Shown here: positions 59,879 through 64,000 of the stretch, in pieces
How the letters are laid out: every line of letters begins with the position of its first letter
Position numbering within the stretch: the stretch's first letter is position 1
Assembly (NCBI RefSeq): GCF_022045235.1
Contig: NW_027266286.1
Location: 19,840,001 to 19,904,000, forward strand
Length of the DNA stretch: 64,000 nt
Reading direction: 5' to 3'
Origin: Haliotis cracherodii
Lineage: Eukaryota
Made by a program: the position numbers and the translations under genes
Notes under the pieces: generated by a model
Told to the model about the DNA's origin: nothing
The model's input: the letters and a program-made list of their open reading frames with translations, nothing else
The model's database searches: none

Positions 59879-62800
59879 ATGACACACGGCTGTAACGTGA
59901 CTTCCTTTTCTGATCGGAATGATTCAGTCACAGCCAGCCGACGCCATGTTACCACCATATCCGTAAGTTGTTTAAGTCCACACTTGATACTAAAACATCT
60001 ATATGGATATCTGAAACAAGCGATTCAACGTATCTACATTTTATTGCTGTTGGAAACAGTATCTCGGTACGAGGCATATTTCATGATACGGTCTGATAAC
60101 TACCGCATTGTATTGACAAGCCGAGATATCATACATGAAGCAGCGAGGATGGGTGGTGTGAACATGATATTGAATCTATGGCTCCCTCCAATTGCATGTA
60201 GATATAGGACGGAAATATCAAGCGATGTTGTTCCCCGACCAACATTTAGTCATCAATTGATCGATACAGATGTCCTACTTTCTCTGCTGATCCACCACAA
60301 ATCCCCTGCTGATATACTGAGTCCGCCCTTGAATGACATGACCACAGATTCAACATTTGTGAATGTGTCTCAAGCAGGAGGATATATGTACCCCACTCTG
60401 AAAGATCTCTGGTCTGTTGTGACTCTTAAACAATGTGACCTGGCTAGTAAATGCAACATGTCTCAGTCAGAATCAGGATCTTTTCAGGACTGCAGCGTTG
60501 TCGGCGCACATTATCCAATGTTACAACGTAGCAATACAGTAGGTGAAATGGAATTATGTGTCAGCACATCTCATGTTACCATGATGTATGTACATAAAAT
60601 GTGTATATTGCTGGTGTCAGAGGAAGTCTGGCAAAAAGCCAGTGCATTTGTAGGTAGCTTTATCGTTCTAGATGTATGTAGCAGAAATAGAAATGGCGGT
60701 GACCATATCAATGACAAAACAACTCATACATCATTTATTGAGAGCAATATTTTCAAGCTGGTCTGTTCACATACGCGCCCAGTGTTTAGCTGTGTGTTAA
60801 ACATGGACTGGAACACAATACAACATCATATATTCAGGACTTGGCACTTGCGAGACTTGAATCTGGGACCATCTGACTTTGTAAATCTTGGAGAAGCTCA
60901 TTATGGCACTCATGTTCTCCAAAGGATATTGGAATGTAGTCAAAACACACAAACATTGAACACACAGGAATATGGTTTGAACGTCCATGTGTCTGAAATA
61001 CCAGCTGATGCATGTGAAGTTCAACCTCGTGGAGATTTGCATCATCTGATACCTACACCTTCGCACATTACAAACGTATCACATATGATGCAAATTAGTG
61101 AAGATAATATTTTGCAAAAACAGATTACTGGCGAAAGCATATCATACAATGATGATATATGTAATGATGATGATACAGAGAAGCATAATAGGCGTCTGTC
61201 TACAGCAAAAAAGAGGGAACGCAAACTTGTTTTACATACGATGGATCAACTGAGTTCCTATATTTATCCTGAGACTAGTCAGGATTTGTCTGAAACACTG
61301 GTAGAGGACATACCTTCCATTTTTGACAAAAGAGAGGCGTTTAACCTTTTTCAAAAAATGACTGACAAAAGACCCCAATATACTTGCCCATCATTTCAGC
61401 AGAAATCAGAGGAAGAGTTGAAACACATTGATAAAGATGCATTGTACGGTGATGGATTTACAAGATATGTAAACACATGGCAAGAAGTAACAGTTGCACC
61501 CTTCTATTCCCTACGACAATACTTCAGAAAATTGGAAACCGGGGAGTATTTCCTTCAAGATGAAAAGATGATATATGAAGCATTGCGACTGGGATCATTC
61601 TGTGGTATTAACATAAATGCATTTTGCATCCATCTGGCTGCAGCGGGGTTCTACGCCACAGGAGACGGGGATGAAACCAGATGCTTTAGTTGCGGCATCA
61701 GGCACAGGGGCTGGCAACAGAAGGACAATCCGTTCTTAGTCCATAGACAGATCGCTCCCTCATGTGCCCATATCACTGGAGCCGACGGGAGGAATGTCCC
61801 TATCAACCCAAACTCTGAGTCGCATCCATCTTCGTGTTCAGTCTTATCGGCTGAAGCTCCCCATGTTGCTGGAGGTGACGCAGGATTTGCATTTGGTGCT
61901 AACACCGACGAGGTCATGAATGGCCCGTCACAAATATCAGAAAGATACGAAACAATTTCAACAGTCGGTCAGGTAAGCTGTGATGGTGGGAGTAAGGGAG
62001 CATTATCATCACCAGTCTCCCTCAGCCATCCCGACAGGGTGGATGCAGATGCAGGACACACAAGACAGTATCGCGCAGCATGCATCCTGAGGTTCGATGA
62101 TGCCGTTTATCCACACTACAGCGACAATAAGGTCCGGATGACGTCTTTCCAGATGTGGCCTGAACATCATTGCATGAAGCCCGAAGAGCTTGTCCCGGTC
62201 GGTTTCTTTTATGCAGGCAAGTAAAACTTTATTATGTGTCATAGATGTTGTGCAAACGTACAGGTTCTACTACACCAAATCAGAACCAGTTAGGACAGTG
62301 CCTTCAGTGCAGATCGAGAGATATCTGCAGGCTGTGATTGGAGGATATTCTGTAATATTTTTATGTCTTTTAAATGTACATCCATCCAGTTATTAAAACT
62401 GACCATGTTTTTCTTTATTTAGTGCCTTTTTTCAACATGATTACTTATGCTGAATGTGAAAACAGCTATTTTCATGTAGGTGATATTTGGTGCGAAACTA
62501 GGGGTGGTGTGTTTATAATTAGCTTCTTGTACTCGGAAAAGGAGCTGGCTAAGCTAGTCATTTTTTATGTTTTTATTGGTGATCTAAGGCCAAACTGTGC
62601 ACACACGTACAGGTAATAGCCGTTGAATGCTTAGTTATTTTTGAAAAAAATATAACGTTACTATAGAAGTCTATGGGAAAACATGTGGTTGTGTGTAACC
62701 TACAGACTTCAAATAATGGATCATATAGCTATACGAGTGGGACGTTAAAACAAATAACCAAATAAAGGTCGTATTCTGTCAAATGTGTACATACCTTTAT

Positions 62801-64000
62801 TTCTTACATGATATTGGAAAGATGGGATAGATAGGGACGGTACAGGTTGTGTTGCAGGAAATAACAAAGGTGGAATAGGTGCTGATTGGTTAGTGTGACA
62901 TAAACATTAATAACGTATGACACCTGAACAGGTTATGCCGACTGTGTTCGCTGTTTTGTCTGCGGTGTTGGTCTGAAGACGTGGGAAGAGGGGGATGACC
63001 CCTGGGTGGAGCACGTGCGCTGGAGGTCATCTTGTGCCTACGTGAAGGCCATCAAGGGAGATGTGTTTATTGCACAGACACTGACAGGTGTTGGGCAGAA
63101 ATTACAGGTATGTTTGAATATGTAATCGGCCCAAAATGCTGTAAAAATGAAACCGTGAAATAAACTGTCACAAATACAAAGGGCAATGAAGGTATGGGAT
63201 GGCAAATAATAACATATGACTTCACTATTGAAAAGAGAGGACACCAATAGTTCCAATAAAGCTAGTGACTGTGATCGTGCAAATGACGATTTTACATTAC
63301 ATCATTTCAGACTGAGCGGACGGGAACCAATATTCCAGCTACAGGTGCCGAGGGTGTGGTTAGGAATGGTGAGCATCGTCATATAATTTTTATGTCATAC
63401 AAAAAGAAACTCGTTCTTATTAGAACAATATGTTTCAGCAATGGTGTGACTGAAGGAGAATGGTAGTTAACTCCAAAGCGTCATTTGCCAGCATCAACCT
63501 CACAATACGTTTTCGCTGCGCAAAGTGTAAATGATATATAAAAACGACAAAATTCTGTCCACAGTCATTTGAAATCTGGCCTAAAATATTTCTTTTCAAA
63601 ATGTCGTTCCGTAAAAATGTGTCAGTGCATTTATGGGACTGTAACTGATGCCTTGTGTGTTTGCTACAGTCCTGACGAACTTATATCACATTCCAATATG
63701 TATGCAAAAACATAGCATACAGTAGATAGTATCCTTTGCTGCAAATGTAAGATTACATTATTGATCGTTCAGGCGTAAGGTTGTAATAGATATACAATTC
63801 ATTATCATGAATATATTAAAAATGAAACAGTATCATGCCTCAGAACAAATTGTTACAGAGACTTGTAAGGTATACAAGTAGGAAAAACAATGATTTAGCT
63901 TTTTTAATTTATAATAAATCATTTCTTTACAGCCGTTGGTGATGTCCTGGAACGGGAGGCGTGTCAGCGCGCCCTGGAGATGGGCTACAGCAGAGACTGT
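59879..64000 (+). CDS. IAP-8: type-B IAP with long N-terminal extension, BIR-BIR-UBA(partial); runs off the window end (exons 59879?-62216, 62932-63107, 63311-63368, 63933->64000)
   Basis: BIR1 [15 protein letters not shown]2 split at GFFYAG|GCAAGT (GC donor), continuing [32 protein letters not shown]-like [14 protein letters not shown]. The true start codon is uncertain because a GTAAGT donor lies at 59963. Confidence 0.85.

Noticed and set aside
6880-64000. Assigning vertebrate symbols (BIRC2/3/7, XIAP) or a viral origin to these genes
   Set aside because: These are lineage-specific paralogues with no demonstrable one-to-one orthology; conserved spliceosomal introns and interspersed SINEs indicate host nuclear genes.

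Overview
AT-rich eukaryotic (animal) genomic DNA with spliceosomal introns. The SINE families resemble those I recall from gastropod molluscs, probably abalone (Haliotis); this is recalled, not verified. The window is a tandem cluster of eight inhibitor-of-apoptosis (BIR-domain) genes, labelled here IAP-1 to IAP-8. I reconstructed them exon by exon from GT-AG/GC-AG sites and reading-frame phase. They fall into two alternating types. Type A (IAP-1, -3, -5, -7) has a short N-terminus and a first BIR with a shortened zinc-ligand spacing (H-x3-C instead of H-x6-C). Type B (IAP-4, -6, -8) has a long, unalignable N-terminal extension followed by BIR-BIR-UBA-RING (IAP-8 is cut off by the window end within the UBA). 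IAP-2 is a divergent single-BIR gene. The cluster shows RING-module swapping between genes, one gene with two RINGs and a duplicated stop-containing alternative exon, compact head-to-head promoters with kB-like sites, and RING tails lacking the aromatic residue used for E3 activity. Intergenic DNA holds three tandem repeat arrays (31, 40 and 39 bp units; the last is 5 kb with a ~1.6 kb higher-order period), many SINEs, a MITE, and a TIR element containing nested LINE fragments, one with a 2A-like motif. No CRISPR, rRNA or tRNA genes were found.
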